A DNA stretch of 64,000 nt from NCBI GenBank assembly GCA_965215185.1, contig OZ244034.1, forward strand, positions 1,120,001 to 1,184,000, written 5' to 3'. The translations under genes were made by a program, and so were the position numbers. How positions within the stretch are numbered: the stretch's first letter is position 1; each line of letters starts with the position of its first letter. Source of the DNA: Acidimicrobiia bacterium. Its GTDB lineage: Bacteria > Actinomycetota > Acidimicrobiia > Spongiisociales > ZC4RG35. The notes under the pieces were generated by a model. The model did not search any database, was not told the DNA's origin, and saw only the letters and a program-made list of their open reading frames with translations. This document shows positions 20,682 to 30,967 of the stretch, one piece after another.

Positions 20682-21151
20682 TAACCGCCGGCGAAATCCG
20701 GGCACGACTGGCGCAAGTGCCAGATCCAGAACTCCCGTGGGTATCCATCGCAGAGTTGGGGATCCTCCGGGGCGCCCACATAGCACAGGGAAGGGCCGTT
20801 GTGGAAATCACACCTACATGGTCGGGTTGCCCGGCGATGGATGCCATCAAAGATTCCATCCAGGAGGTACTGCAGGAAGCCGGTTTCCGCGCCGATCAAA
20901 TCAAGATCAACACCCATTACAGTCCGGCGTGGAGCACCGATGACATCACCGCCGACGGGCTCCGCAAACTCAGAGCAGCCGGTATCGCTCCTCCCCTCCA
21001 ACCTGCGGGAGATCCGATGGGGACCACTCAATGCCCCCGCTGTGACTCGCCCGGTGTGAGGCAAGTCAGTGAATTCGGGTCCACCCCTTGCAAAGCGTTG
21101 ATGGTTTGCAGCAGTTGCTTGGAGCCTTTTGATCGCTTCAAGGAACTCTGA
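20675..21151 (+). CDS. paaD: 1,2-phenylacetyl-CoA epoxidase subunit D
   Basis: VPDPELP..SI.ELG, TPTWSGCPA, CPRC, FGSTPCKA, C..C.EPFD.FK. Confidence 0.95.
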   Translation: MVITAGEIRARLAQVPDPELPWVSIAELGILRGAHIAQGRAVVEITPTWSGCPAMDAIKDSIQEVLQEAGFRADQIKINTHYSPAWSTDDITADGLRKLRAAGIAPPLQPAGDPMGTTQCPRCDSPGVRQVSEFGSTPCKALMVCSSCLEPFDRFKEL

Positions 21152-22227
21152 TGGACGCTCCACCGGTTTTCCACCGTTTATATATATCTGAAGTAAAACG
21201 TGAGACTGCCGAATCGGTAGCGGTCACGTTTTCGATCCCACCCCACTTGGAAACCAAATTTCGATATCTGGCCGGTCAACACGTAACGGTCCGTGCCCAT
21301 ATTGACGGTGAGGATGTGCGACGCAGCTACTCGCTGTGCGCAGACGCCTCCACCGGACAGATCCGCATCGGGATCAAGAAGCTAACGGGAGGCAAATTCT
21401 CTACCTACGCCAACTGTGGACTTCGCGCCGGAGACTCCTTGGACGTAATGCCCCCGGTGGGAGAGTTCACCATCACCCCCGACCCCCAGTCGAAACGACA
21501 CTACGCGGCGGTGGCGGCGGGAAGTGGTATCACCCCGGTCCTGTCTCTGATCTCCACCACCCTTCGAGCCGAGCCGGGGTGCTCTTGGACTCTGGTGCTG
21601 GGCAACCGCTCGGCCGCTTCGATCATGTTCCTCGAGGACCTGGCCGCCCTGAAAGACCGATATTCGGCGCGTTTCCATCTGATCCATGTCCTCAGTCGCG
21701 AACAGCAGGCCTCGTCACTGCTCAGCGGGCGAATCGACCGCCCCCGACTGGAGGGGATATTCAGGGTGCTGTTGGACCCAGAATCGGTGGATCTTTGGTT
21801 CCTATGCGGCCCTTATCAGATGGTCACCATGATTCGGGAGACCCTGGAAGAACGGGGCGTGGAGCCCGCCGACATCCGGGATGAATTGTTTTTCGCCGGG
21901 CCGCCACCTGCCTCGAGTACGTTTGAGGGCGGGGAACCGTCGGAGGGCGGAGTGGAACTGACCTTCACTTTGGATGGACGTACCTCGACGGTGTGGATGG
22001 GGCCTCAGGCCCGGGTCCTGGACGCCGCCCTGACCGTCCGACATGAGTTGCCCTGGTCGTGTCGGGGCGGAATGTGCGCCTCTTGCAAGGCCCAGGTGCT
22101 GGATGGAGAAGTCTTCATGGAGCACAACTACGCCTTGGTGGCCGAAGATCTGGAAGCAGGTTACGTTCTGACGTGTCAGGCCGTTCCTCAAAGCGACCGG
22201 CTGACTGTGGACTTCGACCGACGATGA
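21151..22227 (+). CDS. paaE: 1,2-phenylacetyl-CoA epoxidase reductase subunit E (FAD/NAD/2Fe-2S)
   Basis: RRSYSL, AAGSGITP, LCGP, SCRGGMCASC, LTCQ. Confidence 0.93.
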   Translation: MDAPPVFHRLYISEVKRETAESVAVTFSIPPHLETKFRYLAGQHVTVRAHIDGEDVRRSYSLCADASTGQIRIGIKKLTGGKFSTYANCGLRAGDSLDVMPPVGEFTITPDPQSKRHYAAVAAGSGITPVLSLISTTLRAEPGCSWTLVLGNRSAASIMFLEDLAALKDRYSARFHLIHVLSREQQASSLLSGRIDRPRLEGIFRVLLDPESVDLWFLCGPYQMVTMIRETLEERGVEPADIRDELFFAGPPPASSTFEGGEPSEGGVELTFTLDGRTSTVWMGPQARVLDAALTVRHELPWSCRGGMCASCKAQVLDGEVFMEHNYALVAEDLEAGYVLTCQAVPQSDRLTVDFDRR

Positions 22228-22844
22228 GCACCACCACCCGGCACAGCCGCGAGAGCGTAATCCAGGCGGCGGGGAAGCTCTTCGCGCTGCGGGGCTACCA
22301 CGGCACCTCCATGCAGGATCTGGGAAATGAACTTGGCCTGTTCAAGTCCTCCATCTACTCCCATGTCTCCTCCAAAGAAGACCTATTGCTGGAAGTGGTT
22401 CGCCGCGCCGAGCGGCTGTTCAATCAGTCCGCCCAAAGGGCGATGGAAAACAACGTGGGGGAGGCAGCCCGACTTCAGGCACTCATCACCGGCCATCTTC
22501 AAGTCATCTTGGACCATCGCGATGAAGCCAGCACCTTCCTCAACGAGGCTCGGGCGCTCGACGCACGCTATCGGCAAACAGTAATCGCCGCCCGTGACGG
22601 CTATGAAGGCATCTTCCGCGAAGTACTCCGGGCCGGCATCAACAGTGGTGACTTCAATCCCCACATCGACCCGGTGATGGCCACCATCTTCATACTCTCC
22701 ATACTCAATGCAGTGGGTCGCTGGTACCGGCCGGACGGAAAGCTGGGACGTGAAGATCTAGCCCACGAAATGTGGGAGTTCATCAGTTCCGGATTGACCC
22801 GTCCCGGGAACACCAGCCCACCAGCAGCCGGGCTTCAGACGTAG
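22224..22844 (+). CDS. TetR family regulator (PaaR/KstR2-like)
   Basis: AAGKLF..RGYHGTSMQDL...LG..KSSIYSH..SKEDLL HTH; WYRPDG C-terminal motif; ATGA overlap with paaE. Confidence 0.9.
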   Translation: MSTTTRHSRESVIQAAGKLFALRGYHGTSMQDLGNELGLFKSSIYSHVSSKEDLLLEVVRRAERLFNQSAQRAMENNVGEAARLQALITGHLQVILDHRDEASTFLNEARALDARYRQTVIAARDGYEGIFREVLRAGINSGDFNPHIDPVMATIFILSILNAVGRWYRPDGKLGREDLAHEMWEFISSGLTRPGNTSPPAAGLQT

Positions 22845-23506
22845 GACATCTCCCGGCGGAACTTCTTCCAATCTGAGGTCTTCACCGACCACACAGAATC
22901 GGTGATGATTTGCAGCACACCTTGGCCCAACAGCAGCCAAGCCACCCACGAGGGGAAATTCGACGACCAGGCCACAATCAACATCAGGAAAGGAATCGCT
23001 TTGGAGACGATGGCGCCAGAGGCGTGCATCCAGGCCCGCCCTCGCGCTCCGGCCCGAAGATAGGTGTCGTAGTCGACTTTCACTCCCGGCTGAGGACGTT
23101 TCAACGACCCCACAAACCAATGAGTGAAACGTATCCCCACCATCCTGCCCACCAGTTGGTGGCCCAGTCCGTGGGTGGTGGTCGTCAGAACGCCGCCGCC
23201 CCCCAGCAACACCAAGCCATCCCATGGTCTGGGCAGAAAATGAGCCCAGACCACCAACAGCACCCCCGCCACAGTGCCCAAGGTCATAACCGCATTGCCC
23301 ACCCGGGACGGCACCGCAAAAAGAGCCCACTCCAGGAAAGCCTTGCGATCGATCTGGGCAATCCGTGGAGCAAAGCCGTCCACCAAATCAGGTGAGGATT
23401 TCACAGACGCCACCGCTTTCCAAAAACCGGTACCAGCCAGCCCCTTACCAGCGCCCACCGCCTTCTGGGCAGCCGTCAGCGCCTCTTTGATGCCCGACGG
23501 CTCCAC
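22835..23506 (-). CDS. Hypothetical membrane protein, peptidase M50-like with HGLGH in place of HExxH
   Basis: About 4 TM segments; TTTHGLGHQLVGRMVGIRFTHWFVG; GTG start 23506 follows GAGGGAG. Confidence 0.65.
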   Translation of the reverse strand: MEPSGIKEALTAAQKAVGAGKGLAGTGFWKAVASVKSSPDLVDGFAPRIAQIDRKAFLEWALFAVPSRVGNAVMTLGTVAGVLLVVWAHFLPRPWDGLVLLGGGGVLTTTTHGLGHQLVGRMVGIRFTHWFVGSLKRPQPGVKVDYDTYLRAGARGRAWMHASGAIVSKAIPFLMLIVAWSSNFPSWVAWLLLGQGVLQIITDSVWSVKTSDWKKFRREMSYV

Positions 23507-23519
23507 TAGCGCAGCTCCC

Positions 23520-24275
23520 TCAGCGATGCTCGGGATTGTCGAAGTCGAAACGACATCCGGCGTCCCACGCGGCACGCTGGTTACCGTGCACCGGCCACCC
23601 ACCCGCGTCGACGAGCATGCGCGCCGCGTGAAGGAGGTTCCAGGTCATGAAAGTGGTGTTGCGATTGGTGAAATCGTTCTCCGGGCCACCCGAGCCAGGG
23701 TCCAGGTACGAGGGTCCAGGGCCGGCTTCTCCTATCCATCCGGCATCGGCCTGCGGAGGAATCACGAACCCGATGTGCTGCAGGGCGTAGAGAATGCTCA
23801 TCGAACAGTGCTTTATCCCGTCCTCGTTGCCGGTGATGAGACACCCGCCCACCCGGCCGTAATAGGCGTACTGCCCGTGCTCATTGAGGACTCCCGAGGC
23901 GGAATAGAGCCGTTCGACCACCTGGGTGCACACCGAAGTTTTATCTCCCAGCCAGATCGATGAACCCAACACCAGGATGTTGGCGTCCATCACCTCCTGC
24001 AGAATGGCCGGCCAGTCATCCCGCTCGAAGCCATGTTCGGTCATATCCGGCCAAACTCCCGGAGCGATCACATGGTCAACGGCACGAAACTGGGTGACCT
24101 TGACCCCATTGCGTTCCATGATCGCCGCCGATAGGTCCATCAAACCTTGGGTGTGAGATATTTCCGGCGACTTCTTGAGGGTGCAATTGATAAAGACCGC
24201 CGACAAATCAGAAAAATCCCAGTTGCTTTGGCTGCAAAGTTCTTCCTGCCTGACGCTAAGTGGGGCGGTGCTCAT
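23520..24275 (-). CDS. Flavodoxin-family NAD(P)H-dependent oxidoreductase
   Basis: INCTLKKSPE.SHT, SSIWLG, ITGNEDG.KHC, IPPQADAGWIGEAGPGPSY. Confidence 0.88.
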   Translation of the reverse strand: MSTAPLSVRQEELCSQSNWDFSDLSAVFINCTLKKSPEISHTQGLMDLSAAIMERNGVKVTQFRAVDHVIAPGVWPDMTEHGFERDDWPAILQEVMDANILVLGSSIWLGDKTSVCTQVVERLYSASGVLNEHGQYAYYGRVGGCLITGNEDGIKHCSMSILYALQHIGFVIPPQADAGWIGEAGPGPSYLDPGSGGPENDFTNRNTTFMTWNLLHAARMLVDAGGWPVHGNQRAAWDAGCRFDFDNPEHR

Positions 24276-24365
24276 AAGACAGTCTCCTATTACGTTCTGC
24301 TTACGGGAAATGGTACCTAACGGAAGGTAGAATGCCTCAATGTATGTCGCTGCGATCTGAGCATT

Positions 24366-25118
24366 TTGACGGTTGAACTGGACCTGATTACCGGCGTATT
24401 GTTGGTCCTGGCCGGGTTCGCGTCGGCCTTCATAAATGTCATGGCAGGGGGAGGGTCGGCGGTCACCCTGATAATCCTCGAGCCGTTGCTCGGCGCCAAC
24501 ATCGCCAACGCCACCAACCGGGTGGCAATCGTCCTCGCCAACATCTTGGGAACCGCCAACTTCTCACGCAAGCAACTGGTCCCGTGGAAACTTTCCTTCA
24601 GCCTGCTCATCCCCACCATGATCGGGACCGGACTGGGAGCATGGGTCGCCACCCGGGTCTCCAATGAAACGATGCGCACCGCCTTCGCGGTGGTGCTGGT
24701 CGGAGTGGCCCTTTCGGTGCTGCTCAAACCATCAGCCTGGGTGAAAGGGCAGGTGGACCCACGATTGGGGAAGTGGGGGAAGGCAGCGGCTTTCCTCGCC
24801 ATCGGCTTTTACGGGGGCTTCATTCAGGTAGGAGTGGGGTTTTTGCTGATCAGTGGACTGGTGCTGGGATGCGGGCTCGACCTAGTGAAAGGCAGCGCCG
24901 CCAAGATGTTTCTGATCGCTTGCTACACCGCCTTGGCACTGGGGATCTTCGCCTTGGCCGATCAGGTCAACTGGGGAGTGGGCTTGGTGATGGCGATCGG
25001 TAACTGCAGCGGCGCGTGGCTGGGAACCCGCCTCGCCATTGACAAGGGCGCCGGGCTGATCCGCTGGCTATTGGCGATCGCCTCGGTGGGGGTGGCCGTG
25101 CGCATGTTGTTCTTCTAG
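24366..25118 (+). CDS. Sulfite exporter TauE/SafE (TSUP) family protein
   Basis: INVMAGGGS, ANATNR, GFYGGFIQ.GVG, GAWLG motifs. Confidence 0.88.
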   Translation: MTVELDLITGVLLVLAGFASAFINVMAGGGSAVTLIILEPLLGANIANATNRVAIVLANILGTANFSRKQLVPWKLSFSLLIPTMIGTGLGAWVATRVSNETMRTAFAVVLVGVALSVLLKPSAWVKGQVDPRLGKWGKAAAFLAIGFYGGFIQVGVGFLLISGLVLGCGLDLVKGSAAKMFLIACYTALALGIFALADQVNWGVGLVMAIGNCSGAWLGTRLAIDKGAGLIRWLLAIASVGVAVRMLFF

Positions 25119-25159
25119 CTGAAGCGATCCCGGCGCATGAATCCCTAATCTGTTTTGGG

Positions 25160-26203
25160 ATGATCATTCCTGTTCTCCTGTCCGGAGGGATCGGCATCCG
25201 ATTGTGGCCGCTGTCCACTCCCGAATCTCCCAAACAGTTTCTACGGATCCTCGGAGAGGAGTCTCTTCTACAGACAGCCGCCCGGAGGGTTATGGGCATG
25301 GAGGGAGTTGGCCCCCCGGTAGTGGTGACCAACCAGACCATGCGCAAACAGACCATCGACCATCTGGCCGAGATCGGATGTACACCCGCCGCGGTGCTGA
25401 CCGAACCGGTGGGTCGCAACACCGCCCCGGCTTCGATGGCAGCCGCCCTGTGGGCCGACCCCGACGATCTGCTGCTGGGACTTCCCACCGACCATCTGAT
25501 CACCGACGTGGAGGCTTTCCGAACCGCCATTCGTCAGGGGGTTGCATCCGCCCGGGAGGGTGAGTTGGTCATCTTCGGGATTGAGCCCACCCGCCCTCAT
25601 ACCGGGCTGGGGTATATGGAGGTGGTTGCCGGTCCTCGCCCCGAGGTGCTGGGTATCCGCCGATTCGTGGAAAAGCCGGACCTTCAGACCGCCCACCGCA
25701 TGGTGGAGTCCGACAACTATCTCTGGAATGGAGGAATGTTCCTAACTAAAGCCGGGAAGATGAGGGAGGTGATCTCTTCGTTGCTTCCGGGGGTGGCTGA
25801 GGCGGTCTCCGAAGCCTTCTCCGCAGCTCGCCGCCGCGACGACAGGACCATAGAGTTGGGCCCCCAATTCGAAACAGCCCCTTCGATCTCGGTAGCCAAA
25901 GGTCTGTGGGAACGGGCGGAACGGATCCTGGCGGTCCGGCTGGCCGCCGGATGGTCGGATATCGGGTCGTGGGAGGCTCTGGGAGAGATACTGGGAGCAG
26001 ACACCCAAGGCAACGTGATAAGCGGCGCGGCGGTCGTGGAAGCCGCCCAAGGAGTGCAGATTCACTCCCCACACGCCAAAACCGCGGTGGTTGGCGTCTC
26101 TGATGTGGTGGTGGTGGTCGCCAATGGACGAGTTTTGGTAACAAGTCGGCAAATGTGGGAACAGACAACTGATGCGATCAAGCGCTTGGATGATCTCTCC
26201 TAA
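25160..26203 (+). CDS. Mannose-1-phosphate guanylyltransferase
   Basis: LSGG.G.RLWPLS...PKQF, EPVGRNTAPA, PTDH, FVEKP, WSDIGSW. Confidence 0.88.
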   Translation: MIIPVLLSGGIGIRLWPLSTPESPKQFLRILGEESLLQTAARRVMGMEGVGPPVVVTNQTMRKQTIDHLAEIGCTPAAVLTEPVGRNTAPASMAAALWADPDDLLLGLPTDHLITDVEAFRTAIRQGVASAREGELVIFGIEPTRPHTGLGYMEVVAGPRPEVLGIRRFVEKPDLQTAHRMVESDNYLWNGGMFLTKAGKMREVISSLLPGVAEAVSEAFSAARRRDDRTIELGPQFETAPSISVAKGLWERAERILAVRLAAGWSDIGSWEALGEILGADTQGNVISGAAVVEAAQGVQIHSPHAKTAVVGVSDVVVVVANGRVLVTSRQMWEQTTDAIKRLDDLS

Positions 26204-26525
26204 CCGACTGGCGGAAAGAGCGCCGCTTTGGTTGGCCGCCTTGGTTCTGGTGATCGGAACGGCGGCGTGTTCCCCTTCGCCTTCTCTGGACGCCACCGGG
26301 CCGGAACTCTTCAGCGAACTGTGCTCCGCCTGCCATGGCGATGGACTGGAAGGCAAGGCAGGTCCACCCCTGGGACCGGGCTCACCGAGCGCGGTGCTGC
26401 CGGACGACTATCTGGTTACCTCCATTCGCCGGGGACGGGGAACGATGCCTTCCTTCGGTCACCTGAACGACGCCCAGGTAACCCGGTTGGTGGCATACAT
26501 TCGAGAAGTTCAAGCCGGACAATGA
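26190..26525 (+). CDS. Mono-haem c-type cytochrome, probable lipoprotein
   Basis: Signal peptide with lipobox-like TAAC, CSACH haem motif, distal MP motif. Confidence 0.85.
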   Translation: MISPNRLAERAPLWLAALVLVIGTAACSPSPSLDATGPELFSELCSACHGDGLEGKAGPPLGPGSPSAVLPDDYLVTSIRRGRGTMPSFGHLNDAQVTRLVAYIREVQAGQ

Positions 26526-27529
26526 CGCCTCCTCCGGATCGGGCGTTCACCCGAGGGCCTCTCGCCGGACTGTCGGCATGGACGGTTGCGATCCCAATGG
26601 CCCTTCGCTATCGACGACTCAAAGAACGCAAAGCCGTGCTGCTACGCGGACCGGCGGGTTGGGGAGAATTTTCGCCCTTCGACGAATACGACGACACCAC
26701 TGCGGCACGCTGGCTGGCGTCGGCTCGGGAATCGGCTGTCAAACAACTTCCACAACCGAGACGTGACCGGATCCCGGTCAACGTCACCGTACCCCCAATC
26801 GGGGCCGAGCAGGCCCGCCGGTTGGTAGCCAACTCGGGCTGCCACACCGCCAAGGTGAAAGTGGCAGAAGCCGGCCAGCATTTCAGCGCCGATCTGGCGC
26901 GGGTGGCGGCAGTGCGAGAGGCCCTGGGAGATAGCGGTTTTCTGCGCATAGACGTCAACGGGGCATGGGGAGTGGACGAGGCGGAAGCCTGTCTCGGTCG
27001 CCTGGCTCAGTTCGATCTCCAGTACGTCGAGCAGCCCTGCGCCACCTTGTTGGAGTTGGCCGAATTGCATCCGCGGACGAATATCCCGATCGCCGCCGAC
27101 GAGTCGATTCGCTCGGGCGCCTCACCCGAGCAGATCGTCGACTCGGGCGCAGTGGACATGCTGGTGATGAAGGTCCAGCCCATGGGAGGCGTTGCCCGGA
27201 TGCTGGACTGGGCATCGCGCACCGGTCTTGCAGTGATTCCCTCCTCGGCATTGGAGACCTCCGTCGGCCTGGCCTCGGGACTTGCGGCGGCGGCGGCCCT
27301 GCCGGAATTACCCTATGCCTGCGGGCTGGCCACCGTCTCGCTGCTGGCCGGAGATGTGGTCCGCCACCCCTTGGCGCCCGACCAGGGAACGATCACCCTG
27401 CGCCGCCCCACACCGGCCCCGGAGTTGCTGGAGAGATGGCGACCCGAAGAAGAGGTAGCCTCAATCATGATCGCCCGCCTGGAGCGGATCGCTGCTGTGC
27501 TGAAAGACCATGAGCCATTCTCACCCTAA
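26522..27529 (+). CDS. menC: o-succinylbenzoate synthase
   Basis: GWGEFSPF, PVNVTVP, AKVKVAE, RIDVNGAW, EQPC, AADESIR, SSALETSVG; adjacent to menD. Confidence 0.92.
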   Translation: MTPPPDRAFTRGPLAGLSAWTVAIPMALRYRRLKERKAVLLRGPAGWGEFSPFDEYDDTTAARWLASARESAVKQLPQPRRDRIPVNVTVPPIGAEQARRLVANSGCHTAKVKVAEAGQHFSADLARVAAVREALGDSGFLRIDVNGAWGVDEAEACLGRLAQFDLQYVEQPCATLLELAELHPRTNIPIAADESIRSGASPEQIVDSGAVDMLVMKVQPMGGVARMLDWASRTGLAVIPSSALETSVGLASGLAAAAALPELPYACGLATVSLLAGDVVRHPLAPDQGTITLRRPTPAPELLERWRPEEEVASIMIARLERIAAVLKDHEPFSP

Positions 27530-29231
27530 CCCTTCCGTAGCTTTGGCCAGGGTGGTGGTGGACGAACTGGTGCGGGGGAGAGTGTCCCGATTTGTGGTAT
27601 CGCCGGGATCCAGGTCCGCCGCGTTGGCCATAGCGGTGGAGGAACACCCCGGCGCGACTTTGGCGGTGCTCATCGATGAGCGTTCCGCGGCCTTCTTTGC
27701 GATGGGCGCCGCTCGCATGGGAGGTTCGCCGGCGGCGGTGATCACCACCTCGGGCACCGCAGTGGCCAACCTGTTTCCCGCAGTGGTCGAAGCCGACGCC
27801 TCCGGAACCCCGCTCATCCTGCTCACCGCCGACCGTCCCCCCGAACTGCGGGAAACCGGCGCCAATCAAACCATCGACCAATTGAAACTATTCGCGCAAT
27901 TGGTCAGGTGGTCCTGGGAGGCCGGACCGGCCGAGGACCGCCCGGAATCCAACTCCTACTGGAGATCTTCGACGGCTCGAACGGTAGCGGAGGCGCGGGG
28001 ATGGGGAGGGCGGCCGGGGCCGGTCCATCTCAACCTGGCATTCCGAGAACCCACCGCCCCCACCTACGACGATGGACGCTCCCGGGCCCAGCCCTTTGAA
28101 GCCGCTACAAGTGGGCGACCGGCAGGAAAGCCCTGGATTACGGCTCGGCGGACTCCACCCACCGACCTTTCTTTCCTTGCCGCGGTGGAGCAGGCCAAAC
28201 GGGGTGTGATAGTGGTGGGGGAGGGGGCGGGGGGCACGCAGATCTATGCGCGATTGGCCGAGCGGCTCGGATGGCCGCTCATCGCCGAGGCTCTGTCCGG
28301 AGCGCGTCGACCGCCTTCCATCTCCACCTATCACCATCTTCTCCAAGGCTCTCCGCCAGCGCTTCGTCCCGATCTGGCGCTGTGCTTCGGCACAACCGGG
28401 CTCAGCCCCAACCTTTCGGCCCTGCTGGGGGATCCCTCCGTGCCACAGGTGGTTGTGGGAGCCCCCGGACCTTGGGCCGATCCCAGTCGGGCAGTCTCAC
28501 ACTTGACGGCAGGTTCGCCTCCCACCGTAGCCCAGGCTGTGTTGGACCGGATCGAGGAGGGCGGGACCGACCGGGAATGGCTGGGGAGATGGCTGGGAGC
28601 CGAACAGGTCTGCCGCCAGGTGGTTGACAACATTCTGGACTCCAGCGACACTCCCACCGAGCCTCGGACGGCCCGAGATCTGTCAGGACTGCCGCTCGAC
28701 GCCCTGGTCGTGGGATCATCGATGCCCATCCGGGATGTGGAGATGTTCGCCCACCTGACTCCTGAACAGGTAATCGGGAACCGGGGCGCATCCGGGGTAG
28801 ACGGTCTGGTCTCCACCTCGTTGGGGGCGGCCTGGGTGAAACAGGGACGGGTGGCTTGCATCACCGGCGACCTGGCGCTTCTCCACGACTCCAACGGGTT
28901 CCTGGTGAACGACCGCCCCTCATGTGTCTTGGTGGTGATCAACAACGACGGGGGAGGGATCTTCAATTTCCTGCCCCAGGCCGCTTTTCCGCATTTTGAG
29001 AAGCTCTTTGGAACTCCACACGGGCGGGACTTGGGGACTCTGGCGCAGTTTCACGATCTTGGGTACCGAAGGCTGGAGCGAGCCGTGGACCTGGTTCCCA
29101 CAGTGGAAAGCGCCCTCACCAGTGGCGGGGTGTGGTTGGTAGAGGTCCGCACCGACCGGGAAGAGAACCACCGGCTGCACCAGAGCATCGGGGCGGAGAC
29201 CACCCGACGGGTTGCTTCGATCCTGGGCTAA
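27510..29231 (+). CDS. menD: SEPHCHC synthase (menaquinone biosynthesis)
   Basis: SPGSRS, DERSAAF, TTSGTAVAN, TADRP, GANQTI, NRGASGVDG, GDL..LHD, NNDGGGIF. Confidence 0.95.
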   Translation: MSHSHPNPSVALARVVVDELVRGRVSRFVVSPGSRSAALAIAVEEHPGATLAVLIDERSAAFFAMGAARMGGSPAAVITTSGTAVANLFPAVVEADASGTPLILLTADRPPELRETGANQTIDQLKLFAQLVRWSWEAGPAEDRPESNSYWRSSTARTVAEARGWGGRPGPVHLNLAFREPTAPTYDDGRSRAQPFEAATSGRPAGKPWITARRTPPTDLSFLAAVEQAKRGVIVVGEGAGGTQIYARLAERLGWPLIAEALSGARRPPSISTYHHLLQGSPPALRPDLALCFGTTGLSPNLSALLGDPSVPQVVVGAPGPWADPSRAVSHLTAGSPPTVAQAVLDRIEEGGTDREWLGRWLGAEQVCRQVVDNILDSSDTPTEPRTARDLSGLPLDALVVGSSMPIRDVEMFAHLTPEQVIGNRGASGVDGLVSTSLGAAWVKQGRVACITGDLALLHDSNGFLVNDRPSCVLVVINNDGGGIFNFLPQAAFPHFEKLFGTPHGRDLGTLAQFHDLGYRRLERAVDLVPTVESALTSGGVWLVEVRTDREENHRLHQSIGAETTRRVASILG

Positions 29232-30445
29232 CGCAAGTCGAGGGCGGTGGTCATCGCCTGAAGCTTGAGCCGGGTTTCGGCCAGTTCCTCCTCAGGTAAA
29301 GAGCCCTCAACGATTCCCGCTCCGGCGAACAGGCGAGCTCCGGTGTCTTTCAACTGGGCGCAACGCAGGGCGATGGCCCATTCCCCGTTGTCTGCGGCAT
29401 CGAACCATCCCACCGGACCACCATATCCTGCCCGATCGATCCCTTCCAGACGGCGGATGGCCACCAGCGCCGCCGCTCGCGGGACGCCTCCTACCGCAGC
29501 GGTGGGATGAAGATGCTCCAAGACCTCGAAACATGAAACCTGCTCGTCCAAAACCCCCGTGAACGAGGTGGCCAGATGACGCAAGTTAGCCAGTTCGCGA
29601 AGCGTCGGCACGGTGTCGCGATCCAGTTGGGAGCACACCTGCGCCAATGCTTCTTCCACCGAACGGGCGGTCAACTCGTGCTCACGTCGGTTTTTGTCCG
29701 AGTCGAGCAATTGATCGGCCAGCCGTCGGTCCTGTTCAGGATCGGGATGGCGTGGAGCCGTCCCGGCCAGGGCTACCGATTCCACGTTCCTGTCCTTTTG
29801 GCGAAGCAACAACTCCGGGCTGGCCCCCACCAAGCCTTCCACCAAAAAGGTGAAACATTCCGAGAAAGTGGCGTGGAGCCTTCCCAGAAGCAACCGCACA
29901 TCGAAAGGGGCTTTGCTCCATACCTCCACGTCCCGGGCGAGCACCACCTTTTCAAAACGTCCGGAGTGAATCATTCCCACCGCCTGGGCCACCGACTCCA
30001 TCCACTTCCAATCAGGGTGCGTAGAGCCAAGGTAACGGGGCCGATCAGGCGTTGCCTCTTGGTGAGAGCAGGATTGGAACGAGACAGGATCGATGTCCCC
30101 CACAGTGGTGATCCAGGCGAGACGGCCTTTGCGACCCACGATCACCTCGGGAACCGCCACCACCGATCCCCGAACCTGCGGGTCGAAGGTGAAGGAAGCA
30201 AAGCCGACCGGACCGCTCCCTTCTTCCCGCACCAAATCCTCAAGCTGCGCCCCCGACAGCCAAGTCCGCCAGGCGTCCCGCGCCCGAACATAGCGTCCCT
30301 CGCCGACCCCCGGATCAAATCGCCAAGCCCGACCGTACCCCTCGAGGGAGAAGTCTTCGTTCATCCAGGCAAAGGAGGGGCAGGACAAACGCTTCGGATC
30401 GACGCCGCTCCCGTCGAGGGGACGCGAGCGAATCAGAAAGCTCAC
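29228..30445 (-). CDS. menF: Isochorismate synthase
   Basis: KVVLARD, GASPELL, ALAGT, KNRREH, LHPTAAVGG.P, YGGPVGW, IALRCA, FAGAGIV. Confidence 0.88.
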   Translation of the reverse strand: MSFLIRSRPLDGSGVDPKRLSCPSFAWMNEDFSLEGYGRAWRFDPGVGEGRYVRARDAWRTWLSGAQLEDLVREEGSGPVGFASFTFDPQVRGSVVAVPEVIVGRKGRLAWITTVGDIDPVSFQSCSHQEATPDRPRYLGSTHPDWKWMESVAQAVGMIHSGRFEKVVLARDVEVWSKAPFDVRLLLGRLHATFSECFTFLVEGLVGASPELLLRQKDRNVESVALAGTAPRHPDPEQDRRLADQLLDSDKNRREHELTARSVEEALAQVCSQLDRDTVPTLRELANLRHLATSFTGVLDEQVSCFEVLEHLHPTAAVGGVPRAAALVAIRRLEGIDRAGYGGPVGWFDAADNGEWAIALRCAQLKDTGARLFAGAGIVEGSLPEEELAETRLKLQAMTTALDLR

Positions 30446-30942
30446 GGGGCGATAGACTGTTCCAGCCTAGAACGGGCGGTCTGCAGCAGGATCCTGCGGA
30501 AATGGCCGGCCACCAACTCGCCGGTGGCATTCATCATGGTCTGATAGGCATCTAACAGCCGTTCGGATGCCTCGTCCTCTGAGTCAGCAGTGAATTCCAC
30601 CGAATCGCGTACGAATCGCACGAACACCTCCACTGCCCGCACCGCGATGGGACGCATGACCTGATCCACCTGTCCGGCCAACTCCAGCAATTCATCCAGC
30701 GGAACGCCTTCTTCAAGTAGCGTCCTGCCGGCGCGAAGAGCATCAGCGTCTTTGGCGTTGTAGAGCCGGATAGGGTGGGTGCGCTCGGGAATCAGGATTC
30801 CCAGCCGGTCCAAAGCCTCCAACACGATGGCCGAAAGTCCCGAGGCCGCCGAGAGTTGCTCCAAGTCAATAGAGGAGCCACTTTCACCCTGAACCAAAGT
30901 TTCGTAGATCGAACGATCCCAGGGATCGAGTTGGCCGGACAC
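30442..30942 (-). CDS. MerR-like HTH protein
   Basis: LEQLSAASGLS...L.AL.RLGIL.P...Y...D HTH pattern; GTGA overlap with menF. Confidence 0.7.
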   Translation of the reverse strand: MSGQLDPWDRSIYETLVQGESGSSIDLEQLSAASGLSAIVLEALDRLGILIPERTHPIRLYNAKDADALRAGRTLLEEGVPLDELLELAGQVDQVMRPIAVRAVEVFVRFVRDSVEFTADSEDEASERLLDAYQTMMNATGELVAGHFRRILLQTARSRLEQSIAP

Positions 30943-30967
30943 GAATTCTCAGAACCCGCCCCGGGTT

